The translations under genes were made by a program, and so were the position numbers. This document shows, one piece after another, positions 1 to 11,968 of a DNA stretch of 32,000 bases. Under the pieces are notes generated by a model, which saw only the letters and a program-made list of their open reading frames with translations, was not told where the DNA came from and made no database searches. Source of the DNA: Pasteurella multocida. Lineage in GTDB: Bacteria; Pseudomonadota; Gammaproteobacteria; Enterobacterales; Pasteurellaceae. How positions within the stretch are numbered: the stretch's first letter is position 1; each line of letters begins with the position of its first letter. The DNA lies in contig NZ_LT906458.1 of NCBI RefSeq assembly GCF_900187275.1, positions 540,001 through 572,000 of the forward strand, in the 5' to 3' direction.

Positions 1-1262
1 CATTGAATGAGTTTAAAACGATGGTTAAAGCATTACATCAAGCGGGTATCGAAGTAATTTTGGATGTCGTGTTTAACCATACAGCTGAGTCAGAAAAGTA
101 TTTCCCGACGTTCAGTCAGCGTGGCATTGATGATGAAACTTACTATTGGCAAGACGCACAAGGACATTATCACAATTGGACGGGCTGCGGTAATACACTT
201 AATTTGTCACAGCCGATCACGCGTCGTTGGGTGCTAGATTGTTTATGCTATTGGGTTGAGGCTTGCCATGTAGACGGTTTTCGTTTTGATTTAGGTTCAG
301 TACTTGGGCGTGAGGGAGAAGGGGGCTTTAACCCACAAGCACAATTATTTGCCGATATTCAAGCAGAACCTCGCTTACAAGGCTGCAAATTGATTGCTGA
401 ACCTTGGGATATTGGTGATTTTGGCTATCAAATGGGTAACTTCCCCGCTTATTTTGCTGAATGGAATGATCGTTTTCGTGATGATGTGACGCGTTTTTGG
501 TTGTGGAAGAGTGGTGAAAGTGGTGCATTTGCACAACGTTTAGCGGGGTCAAGTGATTTATTCCAACAAACCCGCCAAGTACACAATTCGATTAATTTCA
601 TTACCGCACATGATGGTTTTACTTTACGTGATTTAGTCAGTTATAACGAGAAACACAATTGGGCAAATGGTGAAAATAACCGAGATGGGCGTAATCACAA
701 TTACAGTTATAACCATGGTGTTGAAGGGATCGACAATGTGCCAAGTGCGGTAGAAAATGGGCGTCTTTTAAGTAGCATTGCCTTATTGATGAATTTACTC
801 TTAGCAAATGGCACGCCGATGCTCCTTGCGGGGGACGAATTTGGCAATTCTCAGTTTGGTAATAATAATGCCTATTGCCAAGATAATGAAATTGCTTGGC
901 TTAAATGGCAAGATTTTAATCCCGTATTATTTAATGCGACTAAGCAAACGATTGCATTGCGAAAACAAATAGCGAGTTTACAACAAGACTGTTGGTGGTC
1001 TGAGGTAAATGTGCAATGGCTCAATACAAAAGGGGAGCCAATGACAATCGCGGATTGGCATAATCAAGAAAGCAAAGCCTTACAAGTGCTTTTAGATAAC
1101 AAATGGCTTTTTTTGATTAATGCGAAACAAAAATTACAAACTTTTTCGTTACCAGAAGGTGATTGGGAAGTTATGTATTGTGCAACAAACTTAACCACTC
1201 AAGGCGGTTTTATCGAGTTGGATGATGTCACTTTTGGTGTGTTGCAACAGTTAAATAAGTAG
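1..1262 (+). CDS. glgX: Glycogen debranching enzyme GlgX, 5' end truncated by window edge
   Basis: GH13 motifs VDGFRFDLGS, LIAEPWDIG, FITAHDGFTLRDLVSYNEKHN; followed by glgC, glgA, glgP. Confidence 0.93.
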   Translation, partial: LNEFKTMVKALHQAGIEVILDVVFNHTAESEKYFPTFSQRGIDDETYYWQDAQGHYHNWTGCGNTLNLSQPITRRWVLDCLCYWVEACHVDGFRFDLGSVLGREGEGGFNPQAQLFADIQAEPRLQGCKLIAEPWDIGDFGYQMGNFPAYFAEWNDRFRDDVTRFWLWKSGESGAFAQRLAGSSDLFQQTRQVHNSINFITAHDGFTLRDLVSYNEKHNWANGENNRDGRNHNYSYNHGVEGIDNVPSAVENGRLLSSIALLMNLLLANGTPMLLAGDEFGNSQFGNNNAYCQDNEIAWLKWQDFNPVLFNATKQTIALRKQIASLQQDCWWSEVNVQWLNTKGEPMTIADWHNQESKALQVLLDNKWLFLINAKQKLQTFSLPEGDWEVMYCATNLTTQGGFIELDDVTFGVLQQLNK

Positions 1263-1334
1263 TAATTATATGTAAACAATAATAAGGGTTGTTGATATGA
1301 GGTTGTGCAACGTTACCCAATAATGGAGGTCATT

Positions 1335-2642
1335 ATGAATAGTAGCATTGTAAAATTGCCTAATAAATATGAGTTAGTGAAAGATACGTTAGTCTTAATT
1401 CTGGCAGGGGGTCGGGGGTCTCGCCTGTATGAGTTGACGGATAAACGTGCAAAACCAGCACTGTATTTCGGGGGGAATCGTCGGATTATCGATTTTGCAT
1501 TATCAAATTGCTTAAATTCAGGTTTAAACCGCATTGGTGTCGTGACACAATATGCGGCGCATTCTTTGCTACGTCATTTACAAAACGGTTGGTCATTCTT
1601 ACCCGCTGAGCGCGGCGAATTTATTGATATGTTACCTGCGCGTCAGCAGATTGATGATTCAACGTGGTACCGTGGTACGGCCGATGCGGTTTATCAAAAT
1701 ATGGCGATCATTCGTGATCATTACTGCCCTAAATATATCCTGATTTTGGCTGGGGATCATATTTACAAACAAGATTATAGCCAAATGTTATTGGATCACA
1801 TTCATAGTGGCGCAAAATGTACAGTCGGTTGTATTGAAGTTGAACGTGAAAAAGCCACGGAATTTGGTGTGATGGCAGTGAATGAAAACTTAAAAGTGAA
1901 GTCATTTGTGGAAAAACCAAAAGATCCACCAGCGATGGTCGGTAAACCAAACACTTCACTCGCCTCCATGGGGATTTATGTGTTTGATGCGGATTATCTT
2001 TATGATGTGTTAGAACGTGAAGTCAGTTCACCTTATACCTCACATGACTTTGGTAAAGATATTTTACCAAAAGCATTAGAAGAAGGCGTATTGTATGCGC
2101 ATCCATTTAGCCGTTCGTGCATGGGACGCAATACTGAAGGGGAAATTTACTGGCGTGATGTGGGGACATTAGACAGTTTCTGGCAATCGAATATTGACTT
2201 AGTGTGTGAAAATCCACAGTTAGATATTTATGACCAAAGTTGGCCAATTCGTGGGAACCCAGTACAAACCTATCCATCAAAATTCTTCTATAAGAAAGAA
2301 AATGCGCGTCCAGTAGATAATTCCTTGATTTCTGGTGGTTGCGTGATTACAGATGCTTCTATTAGTTATTCCGTCTTATTTGACCGGATTAAAATTAATG
2401 AAGGTTCTCAAATTGATCACTGCGTCGTGTTACCACAAGTGACGATTGGTAAAAACTGTAAATTAAAACGTTGTATCATTGATCGCCATTCTGTGATTCC
2501 AGATGGCATGGAAATTGGCGTGGATTTAGAACTTGATCGTCAACGTTTTAGAGTCAGCTCTGGTGGTGTTGTATTGGTGACACCATCCATGTTAAAGAAG
2601 CTTAATGGTGAAGAAGTGGCGTCAGAAGCCCATCTTGATTAA
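1335..2642 (+). CDS. glgC: Glucose-1-phosphate adenylyltransferase
   Basis: LILAGGRGSRLYELTDKRAKPALYFGG; GGAGG before ATG at 1335 favours this over the longer ORF from 1305. Confidence 0.95.
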   Translation: MNSSIVKLPNKYELVKDTLVLILAGGRGSRLYELTDKRAKPALYFGGNRRIIDFALSNCLNSGLNRIGVVTQYAAHSLLRHLQNGWSFLPAERGEFIDMLPARQQIDDSTWYRGTADAVYQNMAIIRDHYCPKYILILAGDHIYKQDYSQMLLDHIHSGAKCTVGCIEVEREKATEFGVMAVNENLKVKSFVEKPKDPPAMVGKPNTSLASMGIYVFDADYLYDVLEREVSSPYTSHDFGKDILPKALEEGVLYAHPFSRSCMGRNTEGEIYWRDVGTLDSFWQSNIDLVCENPQLDIYDQSWPIRGNPVQTYPSKFFYKKENARPVDNSLISGGCVITDASISYSVLFDRIKINEGSQIDHCVVLPQVTIGKNCKLKRCIIDRHSVIPDGMEIGVDLELDRQRFRVSSGGVVLVTPSMLKKLNGEEVASEAHLD

Positions 2643-2659
2643 TTAAGTATGGCATCTAA

Positions 2660-2693
2660 GAAAATACGGTGTTTTGTCGTACGCCGTATTTTC
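2660..2693 (+). terminator. Hairpin between glgC and glgA, possible partial terminator
   Basis: GAAAATACGG (2660-2669) / CCGTATTTTC (2684-2693), perfect 10-bp stem followed by TTTT. Confidence 0.5.
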
Positions 2694-2721
2694 TTTTGCA
2701 ATATCTTCAAAGGAATAAAAA

Positions 2722-4164
2722 ATGAAAGTATTACATGCTTGCTCGGAGTTATACCCCTTGTTAAAAACCGGTGGGTTGGCAGATGTGATGGGCGCATTAC
2801 CTTTTGCACAAAAAGAGATTGGAATTGACGCACGTATTGTCTTACCGGCGTATCCTGCAATTAAGGCGGGCATTCCTGAGACGACTGTTGTCAGTGAATT
2901 TGATAATTTTGCAGGGCATATTGTGTTGCGTTATGGTGAATATAAAGGTCTTGGTGTGTATTTAATTGATGCGCCTCATTTATATCAACGTGAAGGCAAT
3001 CCTTACCATGATCAATGGTATAACGATTATGCCGATAACTATAAACGTTTTGCATTATTAGGCTGGGTCGCAGCGGAATTAGCCACGGGATTAGACAGTT
3101 GGTGGCATGCGGATGTGGTGCATGCACATGACTGGCATGCCGGATTAGCCAGTGCTTATTTGTTTAATAAAGGTCGCCCTGCTAAATCTGTTTTCACGAT
3201 TCATAATTTAGCCTATCAAGGACAATTTGCTTATCACCATTTAGTTGAAATTGGTTTACCTGCTGGCATGTTCCATGTGGATGGATTGGAATTACACGGT
3301 CAGATTTCTTACTTAAAAGCGGGACTTTATTATTCTGATGCGGTGACGGCAGTGAGCCCAACTTATGCAAAAGAAATCACCACCCCTGAATTTGGGTATG
3401 GCTTACAAGGGCTATTAACCACATTAAATTCACAAGGGAAATTAGTCGGGATTTTAAATGGTGTGGATGATCAAATCTGGCATCCAAATCATGATGCGTA
3501 CATTGAGCATCATTACAAATTAAAAGCCATGACGGGTAAACGTAAAAACAAAGAGGCATTGCAAGCTTACTTTAACTTACCACAAGATCCGGACGCGTTA
3601 TTATTTGTGATGGTGACACGTTTAACAGAGCAAAAGGGGGTGGATCTGTTAATTGACAGTGCCGAAGAAATTGTAAAACAGGGTGGGCAATTAACGATTT
3701 TAGGTTCAGGATCGCCGCATTTAGAAGCCGGTATCTTACATTTAGCCCAGCAATATCCACACCAAATTGCGGTGAAAATTGGCTATGATGAAGCCTTATC
3801 TCATTTAATGATTGCAGGTGGTGACGTCATTTTAGTGCCAAGTCGTTTTGAGCCTTGTGGCTTAACGCAGTTATACGGTTTGAAATATGGCACCTTACCG
3901 TTAGTCAGAGCCACCGGTGGTTTGGCGGATACCGTGGTAAATGCGACAGTAGAAAACATCAAGTCACGACTAGCGACAGGATTTGTATTTGAGCAAGCAA
4001 GCCGTGAGGCATTACGCCAAGCCTTAGTAAATGCCTTTGCGTTATGGCAAAAACAGCGCCTTTGGTTTACGGTGCGTAGCGTCGCGATGGAACAAGATTT
4101 TAGCTGGCAAATTTCAGCGACGGGTTATCATGCCCTATATCAACGTCTTTTATCGTTCAACTAG
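2722..4164 (+). CDS. glgA: Glycogen synthase
   Basis: MKVLHACSELYPLLKTGGLADVMGALP; PSRFEPCGLTQLYGLKYGTLPLVRATGGLADTV. Confidence 0.95.
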   Translation: MKVLHACSELYPLLKTGGLADVMGALPFAQKEIGIDARIVLPAYPAIKAGIPETTVVSEFDNFAGHIVLRYGEYKGLGVYLIDAPHLYQREGNPYHDQWYNDYADNYKRFALLGWVAAELATGLDSWWHADVVHAHDWHAGLASAYLFNKGRPAKSVFTIHNLAYQGQFAYHHLVEIGLPAGMFHVDGLELHGQISYLKAGLYYSDAVTAVSPTYAKEITTPEFGYGLQGLLTTLNSQGKLVGILNGVDDQIWHPNHDAYIEHHYKLKAMTGKRKNKEALQAYFNLPQDPDALLFVMVTRLTEQKGVDLLIDSAEEIVKQGGQLTILGSGSPHLEAGILHLAQQYPHQIAVKIGYDEALSHLMIAGGDVILVPSRFEPCGLTQLYGLKYGTLPLVRATGGLADTVVNATVENIKSRLATGFVFEQASREALRQALVNAFALWQKQRLWFTVRSVAMEQDFSWQISATGYHALYQRLLSFN

Positions 4165-4288
4165 TATAGATTGAAGTGTGTAAATTTTTGGTCTGTTGTT
4201 ATTTTTTTGATAAAAAATTGTTGCATTTTTAGTCAAAAATGACTAAATTGCACCGTTTTCTAAAATAATTAGGAGTGTAAAATAAATT

Positions 4289-6745
4289 ATGATTATGGAT
4301 AACTTTGATTCACCTTTTCTCTATAATCGCCCTGAAATTACCGTTGACTCGTTGAAAAAAAGTATTGTTTATAAATTGATTTTTTCAATTGGTCGATCAC
4401 CGAAAGAAGCCAGTCAACGTGATTGGTTGAATGCCACTTTATATGCGGTACGTGATTTTGTGACAGAAGGTTGGATTACGACAGCACGTCAATCAAGAAG
4501 TGAAGAAACCCGTCGTGTTTATTATCTGTCAATGGAGTTTTTAATTGGTCGTACGTTGTCTAATGCGATGCTCGCAGAAGGCGTTTATGACGTCGCGAAG
4601 CAAGCCTTATCTGAACTTAACGTCAACTTAGAAGATGTATTAGAAAAAGAAGTTGATCCGGGTTTAGGTAATGGGGGATTAGGGCGTTTAGCGGCTTGTT
4701 TTATGGACTCTATCGCGACCCTAGCTTTACCTGGTGTAGGATACGGTATTCGTTATGAATACGGTATGTTTAAGCAAGAAATCGAAGATGGTCACCAAGT
4801 GGAAAAGCCGGATGCTTGGCTAGATAAAGGCGCCGCATGGGAGTTTATTCGTCCTTCGAAACGTCATACTGTTCGTTTTGGTGGCGGCATTCATTTTGAA
4901 GGTAAAAAATGTATTTGGACGAGCAAAGAAGAAGTTGAAGCCTTAGCGTATGACCAAATGATTCCAGGGTATGCGAATGATTCAGCCGCAACACTACGTT
5001 TATGGAGTGCTTATGCGGGGGATCGTTTTGATTTAGCAGATTTTAATAAAGGCGATTATTTTGCTGCAGTACAAGATCGCACATTAAGTAAAAATATCTC
5101 GCGCGTATTGTATCCTGATGATTCGACTTGGAGTGGACGTGAATTGCGTTTGCGTCAAGAATATTTCTTAGTTTCTGCTTCGTTACAAGACATTATCTAT
5201 CGCCATAAGCGTATTCATAACACGATGGAAAACTTTGCAGACAAAGTGGCAATTCATTTAAATGATACTCACCCTGCCTTAGCCATTCCGGAATTAATGG
5301 TGATTTTAATTGACCAAGAAGGTTACGAATGGAAGAAAGCATGGGACATTACTCGTCGTGTGTTCTCTTATACGTGCCATACGTTAATGTCAGAAGCGTT
5401 GGAAACATGGCCAGTCGAAATGATGGCTCATATTTTACCTCGCCATTTACAAATGATTTTTGAGATCAATGACTACTTCCTAGAGTATGTCAGAACCTAT
5501 GTTTCAACCGATGCGGAATTTATCCGTCGTGTCTCCTTAATTGAAGAAGGCGATCACCGTAAAGTGCGTATGGGCTGGTTATCTGTGGTAGGGTCGAATA
5601 AAGTGAATGGCGTGGCGGCAATTCACTCTGAATTAATGGTCACTTCAACCTTTGCGGATTTTGCGCGTATTTACCCAGAACGCTTTACTAACGTGACTAA
5701 TGGGATTACACCACGTCGTTGGATTGGTGTCGCTAACCCAGAATTATCAGCATTATTTGATCGATACATTGGTAAAGAATGGCGCCGTGATTTAAGTCAA
5801 TTAACCTTGTTAAAAGACAAAGTGCAAGATCCTGAACTGAAAAAATCCATTGCGCAAATCAAATATAATAACAAAGTCAAACTCGCCAATTACATCAAAA
5901 ATGAGTTAGGTGTGGAAGTTGATCCAAATGCCTTATTTGATGTGCAAGTGAAACGTATTCATGAGTACAAACGTCAAATTTTAAACGTCTTGCATATTAT
6001 TGCTCGTTATAACGCGATGTTAGAAAACCCAGAGAAAGATTGGGTACCTCGTGTCTTTATTTTAGCGGGGAAAGCGGCATCTGCGTATTATGCTGCAAAA
6101 CAAACCATTAATTTAATCAATGACGTAGCGAATATCATTAATTACGATGAACGCTTACAAGGTCGTTTAAAAGTGGTGTTTATTCCTAATTATAGTGTCA
6201 GTTTGGCGGAATTGATTATTCCAGCGGCAGACATTTCAGAACAAATTTCATTAGCGGGTACTGAAGCGTCAGGGACAAGTAACATGAAATTTGCCTTAAA
6301 TGGTGCACTCACGATTGGTACATTAGATGGGGCAAACGTTGAAATTTTAGATAATGTGGGTCAAGACCATATCTTTATCTTTGGTAATACGGTTGAACAA
6401 GTGGAATCGTTACGTCGTCACGGATACCGTCCATTTGACTATTATCAAAATGATGAAGAATTGCGTAAAGTGGTTGATCAAATTGTTTCAGGTCGTTTCT
6501 CACCAACGGATGCGAACCGTTATCACCAGTTGTTGCAGTCATTACAATACCATGATTACTATCAGGCATTTGCTGATTTCCGTAGTTATGTGGATATGCA
6601 ACAAAACGTGGATGCGAAATACCAAGATCAAAACGCGTGGATTGACAGTACTTTGCAAAATATTGTCAATATGAGCTATTTCTCTTCAGACCGCACTATC
6701 TTGGAATATGCTGAAAAAATCTGGAAGATTAAGCCAGTGAAATAA
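4289..6745 (+). CDS. glgP: Glycogen/maltodextrin phosphorylase
   Basis: PLP-site motif [28 protein letters not shown]; alternative start at 4295. Confidence 0.95.
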   Translation: MIMDNFDSPFLYNRPEITVDSLKKSIVYKLIFSIGRSPKEASQRDWLNATLYAVRDFVTEGWITTARQSRSEETRRVYYLSMEFLIGRTLSNAMLAEGVYDVAKQALSELNVNLEDVLEKEVDPGLGNGGLGRLAACFMDSIATLALPGVGYGIRYEYGMFKQEIEDGHQVEKPDAWLDKGAAWEFIRPSKRHTVRFGGGIHFEGKKCIWTSKEEVEALAYDQMIPGYANDSAATLRLWSAYAGDRFDLADFNKGDYFAAVQDRTLSKNISRVLYPDDSTWSGRELRLRQEYFLVSASLQDIIYRHKRIHNTMENFADKVAIHLNDTHPALAIPELMVILIDQEGYEWKKAWDITRRVFSYTCHTLMSEALETWPVEMMAHILPRHLQMIFEINDYFLEYVRTYVSTDAEFIRRVSLIEEGDHRKVRMGWLSVVGSNKVNGVAAIHSELMVTSTFADFARIYPERFTNVTNGITPRRWIGVANPELSALFDRYIGKEWRRDLSQLTLLKDKVQDPELKKSIAQIKYNNKVKLANYIKNELGVEVDPNALFDVQVKRIHEYKRQILNVLHIIARYNAMLENPEKDWVPRVFILAGKAASAYYAAKQTINLINDVANIINYDERLQGRLKVVFIPNYSVSLAELIIPAADISEQISLAGTEASGTSNMKFALNGALTIGTLDGANVEILDNVGQDHIFIFGNTVEQVESLRRHGYRPFDYYQNDEELRKVVDQIVSGRFSPTDANRYHQLLQSLQYHDYYQAFADFRSYVDMQQNVDAKYQDQNAWIDSTLQNIVNMSYFSSDRTILEYAEKIWKIKPVK

Positions 6746-6764
6746 AAAGCACTTGCTGACATAA

Positions 6765-6800
6765 AAGTGCGGTAAAAACTAAACGATTTTCACCGCACTT
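6765..6800. terminator. Inverted uptake-sequence pair acting as candidate bidirectional terminator between convergent glgP and ppc
   Basis: AAGTGCGGT at 6765-6773 and ACCGCACTT at 6792-6800. Confidence 0.7.
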
Positions 6801-6850
6801 AGTTGAGAAAAGAAAAGTCACAGTAACAAGACTGTGGCTTTTTGTTTGAC

Positions 6851-9490
6851 TTAACCCGTATTACGCATACCGGCTGCGACACCGGTAATGGTGATCATTA
6901 ACGCTTGTTCCACATCTGGATTTGGATTGTCAGGATTACGTCTTAACCGGCGTAAAAGTTCCACTTGTAACAAATTGAGCGGATCAGTATACACATTACG
7001 TAATGCAATAGATTCTGCAATCCAAGGTAAATCGGACATTAATTGATCTTCGTGAGAAAGAGATAAGACCGTTTGAATGTCCTGTTTTAATTGCTCACGC
7101 AAAGATTCGCCTAAATACCAGAGTGCGGGGTCAACCAAGTGTTGATCATAATGTTCAGAAAGCCAAGTATCCGTTTTACTAAAGACCATTTCTAACATTC
7201 CAATACGCGTGGAGAAAAATGGCCACGTTTTACACATGTCTTCAATAACGGTTTTTTGTCCTTTTTCAATCGCTTGACGAAGAGAGGCGCCTGCCCCTAA
7301 CCAAGCGGGTAACATCAAGCGGTTTTGCATCCAGGCGAAAATCCATGGAATAGCGCGTAAGCTTTCTACACCGCCATTTGGATTACGTTTAGCGGGGCGC
7401 GAGCCTAAAGGTAATTTGGATAATTCTTGTTCTGGCGTCGCTGCACGAAAATAAGGCACGAAATCTTTTTCACCCCGTACGACATCACGGTAAATCTGGC
7501 AAGAGATAGTGGACAGCTCATCCATCACTGTCCGCCATTGTGCTTTAGGTTCTGGTGGGGGAAGGAGATTGGCTTCTAAAATTGCACTGGCATATAAGCC
7601 CAAACTTTCTACGGCAACGGCGGGTAAACCTAATTTAAAACGAATCATTTCTCCTTGCTCTGTGACTCGTAATCCATTTTTTAATGAGCGAGGCGGCTGT
7701 GAAAGTAAGGCCGCATGGGCAGGTGCCCCACCGCGTCCAATGGTACCGCCACGACCATGGAATAAAGTGAGTTCAATATTGCATTTATCGCAGAGGTTGA
7801 CCAAGGCTTCTTGTGCACAGTATTGTGCCCAAGAGGCCGCCATCATCCCCGCATCTTTGGCAGAATCCGAATAACCAATCATCACCATTTGTTTATTATT
7901 GATGACACCACGGTACCAACCAATATTGAAGAGTTCGGACATGACTTGTTCTGAGGCGCGAAGATCATCTAAGGTTTCAAACAACGGCACCACAGGGAGA
8001 TGGTAAGGCACGCCAGATTCTTTCAGTAATAAATGTACAGCAAGCACATCTGAGGCCGTTTTTGCCATAGAAATAATGTAACAAGAAATTACCCCTTCAG
8101 GCTGTTCAGCAATGACACGACAGGTATCCAACACTTCTTGCGTTGCGGCAGAAGGTTGCCATTCTCTTGGTAATAATGGACGACGTGAACTCAGTTCTTT
8201 GATTAAAAAGGCTTGTTTATCACTCTCACTCCATTGCGCATAATCGCCTAAACCGATATAGCGTGTGATTTCCGCAATCGCTTCTGCATGACGGGTACTT
8301 TCTTGACGAATATCTAAGCGAGAAAGTGTTACGCCAAAGCAACGAATACGGCGTAAACAATCGAGTAATAATCCGTTAGCAATGATGCGCATGCCACAGG
8401 CTTGTAAAGATTGATAGCAATCATAAAGCGGTTCCCAAAGTTGCGCATCTTGCGTAATGATGTCTTCTTCAGCAACACGTGGTGTACGGTTAGCTAAGAG
8501 ATCATCGTAATAGGCTAGTGTTGCAGTAAGCTTGCTCCGTAATGCTTTTACAACAGTGCGGTAAGGTTCCACATGTGAGCCGTATTTGGCTTGGAATTCA
8601 GGGGTACATTTTACTACCGAAAGTTCATCAGATAGGGCTTGAATGTCGGTTAAAAAGAGATCGGCAGCTTTCCAACGGGCTAAGCGCAATACTTGACGGG
8701 TTACTTCAGCGGTGACAAAAGGATTCCCGTCACGATCGCCTCCCATCCAAGAGGAAAAACGAATTGGATTGAGTTCAACGGGTAAATGAAAACCAAAATA
8801 TTCGACCGCACTGGTATTTAAATGGCGCAGAAATTCAGGCACCGCCTGCCATAAACTGTTTTCTATGACGGCAAATCCCCATTTTGCTTCTTCAAAGGGG
8901 GTAGGACGTTGGGTACGAATTTCGTTGGTATGCCAAGCCTGTGCGATCAACTGTAATAAACGGCGTTCAATGGCTTTACGCTCAGCGTCGGTTAAATCAG
9001 TATGTTCTAATTTACTTAAACATTTATTAATTTCGACATGTTTATGGACTAGGGAACGACGCGTTACTTCAGTGGGATGGGCCGTTAAGACCAGTTCAAT
9101 TAATAATTTTTGCACGGTTTCCATGACGTTTTCTTTGGGCACCTGTTGCGCTTTTAAGCGTTTAAAAAGGGCTGAAATAGAACGCTCAGAGGCAACATGA
9201 TCGTGGTGGTGACGAGAAATCGTCTGATATTGTTCAGCAATATTGGTTAGATTGAGGAATTGGCTAAATGCGCGAGCCACAGGGATAATGTTCTCGTTAG
9301 AGATAGTCGCTAAGGTGTTTAATAACGCATTACGTGCTTGATCATCCCCATGGCGGGAGTTACGTGAAAGGACACGGATGTTTTCAATTAACTCCAGAAT
9401 GTCACTACCTTGTGCATCACTAATGGTTTCGCCTAAAAAACGCCCTAACATACTGATATTATTACGCATAGTAGAATACTGCTGAATCAT
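6851..9490 (-). CDS. ppc: Phosphoenolpyruvate carboxylase
   Basis: [61 protein letters not shown]; start placed at [16 protein letters not shown] rather than the upstream ORF start at 9565. Confidence 0.95.
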
Positions 9491-9693
9491 AAAAAGCCTC
9501 TCTGAATAATCCTCGATTTCAACGAATGAAAGGTAAAATACCTCGACTAAGCAAGATATAAACAAAAATACTTTGAAAGATCAATGATAATTAATTCATA
9601 AAATAAAAAAATGGAAATAAGTGGATTTCTTTTGTTTTTAATCAATTTTTTAGATTTTTTATTGAATATTTTTTAATGAATGGCGTTAAATAT

Positions 9694-9729
9694 TAATGCC
9701 CTTATATTGTGAAAAAAATAAGGGCATTA
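9694..9729. terminator. Inverted repeat downstream of purR, candidate terminator
   Basis: AATGCCCTTAT (9695-9705) / ATAAGGGCATT (9718-9728), flanking T/A pair adds one more base pair; 12-nt loop. Confidence 0.5.
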
Positions 9730-9735
9730 TGGACG

Positions 9736-10740
9736 TTAAAGGCGAGATTTGACTGATTTACGGATGACAAGTTCAGGATGCATTTCGATGACGGCACGCT
9801 CTTCAGATTTTTCATTAATGCGTTCGAATAATAAGGTCACCGCACGAGCACCTAAACGGGATTTTGATTGGTGTATGGTGGTTAAAGGTGGGGAGTAAAA
9901 GCGTGAAGCGTGAATATTATCATAACCAATAATTGAAATATCTTCTGGCACACGTAAACCTTTTTCACCGATTGCGGAAATTGCCCCTAACGCCATAACA
10001 TCATTACAGCAAAAGACAGCCGTCGGGAGAGTGTCTTGTGCCAAGATTTTATTCATGCACTCATAACCATCCTCAGGCTCAAAGAATCCCTCCATCACCC
10101 AATCAGGATTAATCTTTAGCCCTGCTTCATTCATCGCTTTAATGAAACCTTCATAGCGTGTTTTGGCTGTCGTTTTCGTAAGCTCACCTGCAATAATACC
10201 GATATCTTTATGCCCGTGATCAATTAAATATTTTGTGGCAAGATAACCGCCCTCAAAACTGTGATCTTGAATGATATCAGTATGTTTATTATCTGGTCCC
10301 CAGTCCATCACGACCAGTGGCAAAGAGGTGAAATTCGCTAATAAATCGAGTGAATCTTGAGTATATTCTGCACACATGACTAAGATGCCATCGACGCGTT
10401 TTTTAATCAGCATTTCAAGGTGGTTTTTAATTTTTTCCACGTTATTTTGTGTATTACATAAAAACAGTGAGTAACCTTGGCGATAGCAATGTTCTTCCAC
10501 CGCGTGAATGATTTCTGCAAAATAAGGGGCTTCACTACTGGTGACAATCATGCCAATCGATTTTGTCGTATTGACTTTTAAGCTACGTGCGACCGCACTA
10601 GGGGAATAGTTGAGTTCTTGAATTGCTTGCAATACCAGTTTTTCTGTTTCAGCTGCAACAAAGCGGGTTTTATTAATTACATGCGAAACTGTGGTGGTGG
10701 ACACCCCAGCCATTTTTGCGACATCTTTAATTGTTGCCAT
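9736..10740 (-). CDS. purR: Purine repressor, LacI family
   Basis: [55 protein letters not shown], characteristic of PurR. Confidence 0.93.
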   Translation of the reverse strand: MATIKDVAKMAGVSTTTVSHVINKTRFVAAETEKLVLQAIQELNYSPSAVARSLKVNTTKSIGMIVTSSEAPYFAEIIHAVEEHCYRQGYSLFLCNTQNNVEKIKNHLEMLIKKRVDGILVMCAEYTQDSLDLLANFTSLPLVVMDWGPDNKHTDIIQDHSFEGGYLATKYLIDHGHKDIGIIAGELTKTTAKTRYEGFIKAMNEAGLKINPDWVMEGFFEPEDGYECMNKILAQDTLPTAVFCCNDVMALGAISAIGEKGLRVPEDISIIGYDNIHASRFYSPPLTTIHQSKSRLGARAVTLLFERINEKSEERAVIEMHPELVIRKSVKSRL

Positions 10741-10922
10741 AATTCTTTTTCTCCATACAAATGGATTTCATTATAAAGAGTGAATGACAATTGGTTAAGT
10801 AATAGATGAGAAATATTTGTCTAACATCACAATTTTCATTTTTAAATGTTGAAAGAGACTTCTATTTCATATCGGTTTATTGATAGAATGGAACTCTATT
10901 TGATTAATCCGTAGAGGTAACA

Positions 10923-11003
10923 ATGAGTGAATTTGGTTATGCAATGATGACAGTTGCTTTGGCGCTAGGTTTAATTGTTGTATTGGCGTTCTCAATTTTT
11001 TAA
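10923..11003 (+). CDS. 26-aa hydrophobic micro-ORF MSEFGYAMMTVALALGLIVVLAFSIF (putative single-TM small protein)
   Basis: ATG preceded by GAGGTAAC, one strongly hydrophobic helix, terminator 23 nt downstream; absent from supplied ORF track because of size. Confidence 0.6.
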   Translation: MSEFGYAMMTVALALGLIVVLAFSIF

Positions 11004-11026
11004 GACTAAACAAAATAAAAATAACG

Positions 11027-11056
11027 AAAGATCGAGGCATAATCGCCTTGGTCTTT
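11027..11056 (+). terminator. Rho-independent terminator after micro-ORF
   Basis: AAAGATCGAGGC ATAATC GCCTTGGTCTTT followed by more Ts; stem has two G-U wobbles. Confidence 0.75.
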
Positions 11057-11057
11057 T

Positions 11058-11945
11058 TTATTTGAGTATTGCTTGAAGTGCGGATTTTAATTCAGGGTAA
11101 TCAAAGACAAATCCTTGAGCGAGAAGTTTTTCGGGCACAATTTTTTGGCTATCTAAAAGTAACTGTGTGCGTTCGCCGAGGAAAAAGCGGAGAAGCAATT
11201 CAGGCACAGTGGCAAATGCAGGTCGCTTAAGGATGTTCGCTAAGGTGTTGTTGAATTCAACATGACGAACTGGATTAGGGGAAACCAAATTAAAGGCGCC
11301 CTGACATTGGTGATTTTCTAATAAAAATAAAATGCCCTTCACCATGTCGTCGAGTGCGATCCATGCCCAATATTGCTTGCCAGAACCTAACTTTCCCCCA
11401 AGCCCTAAACGATAGAGGGGGAGCATTTTCGCTAAAGCACCGCCTGTTTTACTCAGGACAATCCCTGTACGCAATAAACAAACTCGTGTTTTGGCGCATA
11501 ACGCTTCTGATTCCCAACGTTGGCACAGTTGGCTTGGAAACGTATCTGTTGCTGGCGCGTTTTCCGTGATGATTTCTTCTGCTTTATGTCCATAATAACC
11601 AGTGGCTGAGCCTGAAATAAAGGTATGCGGTGGGGTGCGACTGGCATTGATTCGTTGTACTAACTGTGCCGTTAAATTGACGCGGCTTTCTACTAGACGT
11701 TGTTTTTGTTGGGCTGTCCAACGTTTTTCAAAAATAGGTTCGCCAGCGAGATTAATAACTGCATCGAAGGTATCTAGCGTTGTATATTGTGCAAGAGAAG
11801 AAATGAGTGTGACAGAAGCAGGTAACTTCTGTTTGGCGGCTTTAGGATCTCGAACCAATGCGGTGACCCCATGTGCGTGTTTGATGAGTTGCGAAGTTAG
11901 GTGGGAGCCAATTAATCCTGTTGCACCGGTAATTAAAATATTCAT
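11058..11945 (-). CDS. TIGR01777/YfcH-like NAD-dependent epimerase/dehydratase family protein
   Basis: MNILITGATGLIGSHLTSQLIKHAHGVTALVRD; DAVINLAGEPIFEKRWTAQQKQ; SGSATGYYG. Confidence 0.88.
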   Translation of the reverse strand: MNILITGATGLIGSHLTSQLIKHAHGVTALVRDPKAAKQKLPASVTLISSLAQYTTLDTFDAVINLAGEPIFEKRWTAQQKQRLVESRVNLTAQLVQRINASRTPPHTFISGSATGYYGHKAEEIITENAPATDTFPSQLCQRWESEALCAKTRVCLLRTGIVLSKTGGALAKMLPLYRLGLGGKLGSGKQYWAWIALDDMVKGILFLLENHQCQGAFNLVSPNPVRHVEFNNTLANILKRPAFATVPELLLRFFLGERTQLLLDSQKIVPEKLLAQGFVFDYPELKSALQAILK

Positions 11946-11968
11946 GTTAAGCCCCCACTATCATTGTG

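Noticed and set aside
7509-9200. 121-aa (7509-7874) and 111-aa (8865-9200) plus-strand ORFs
   Set aside because: Antisense to the highly conserved ppc coding sequence; shadow ORFs.
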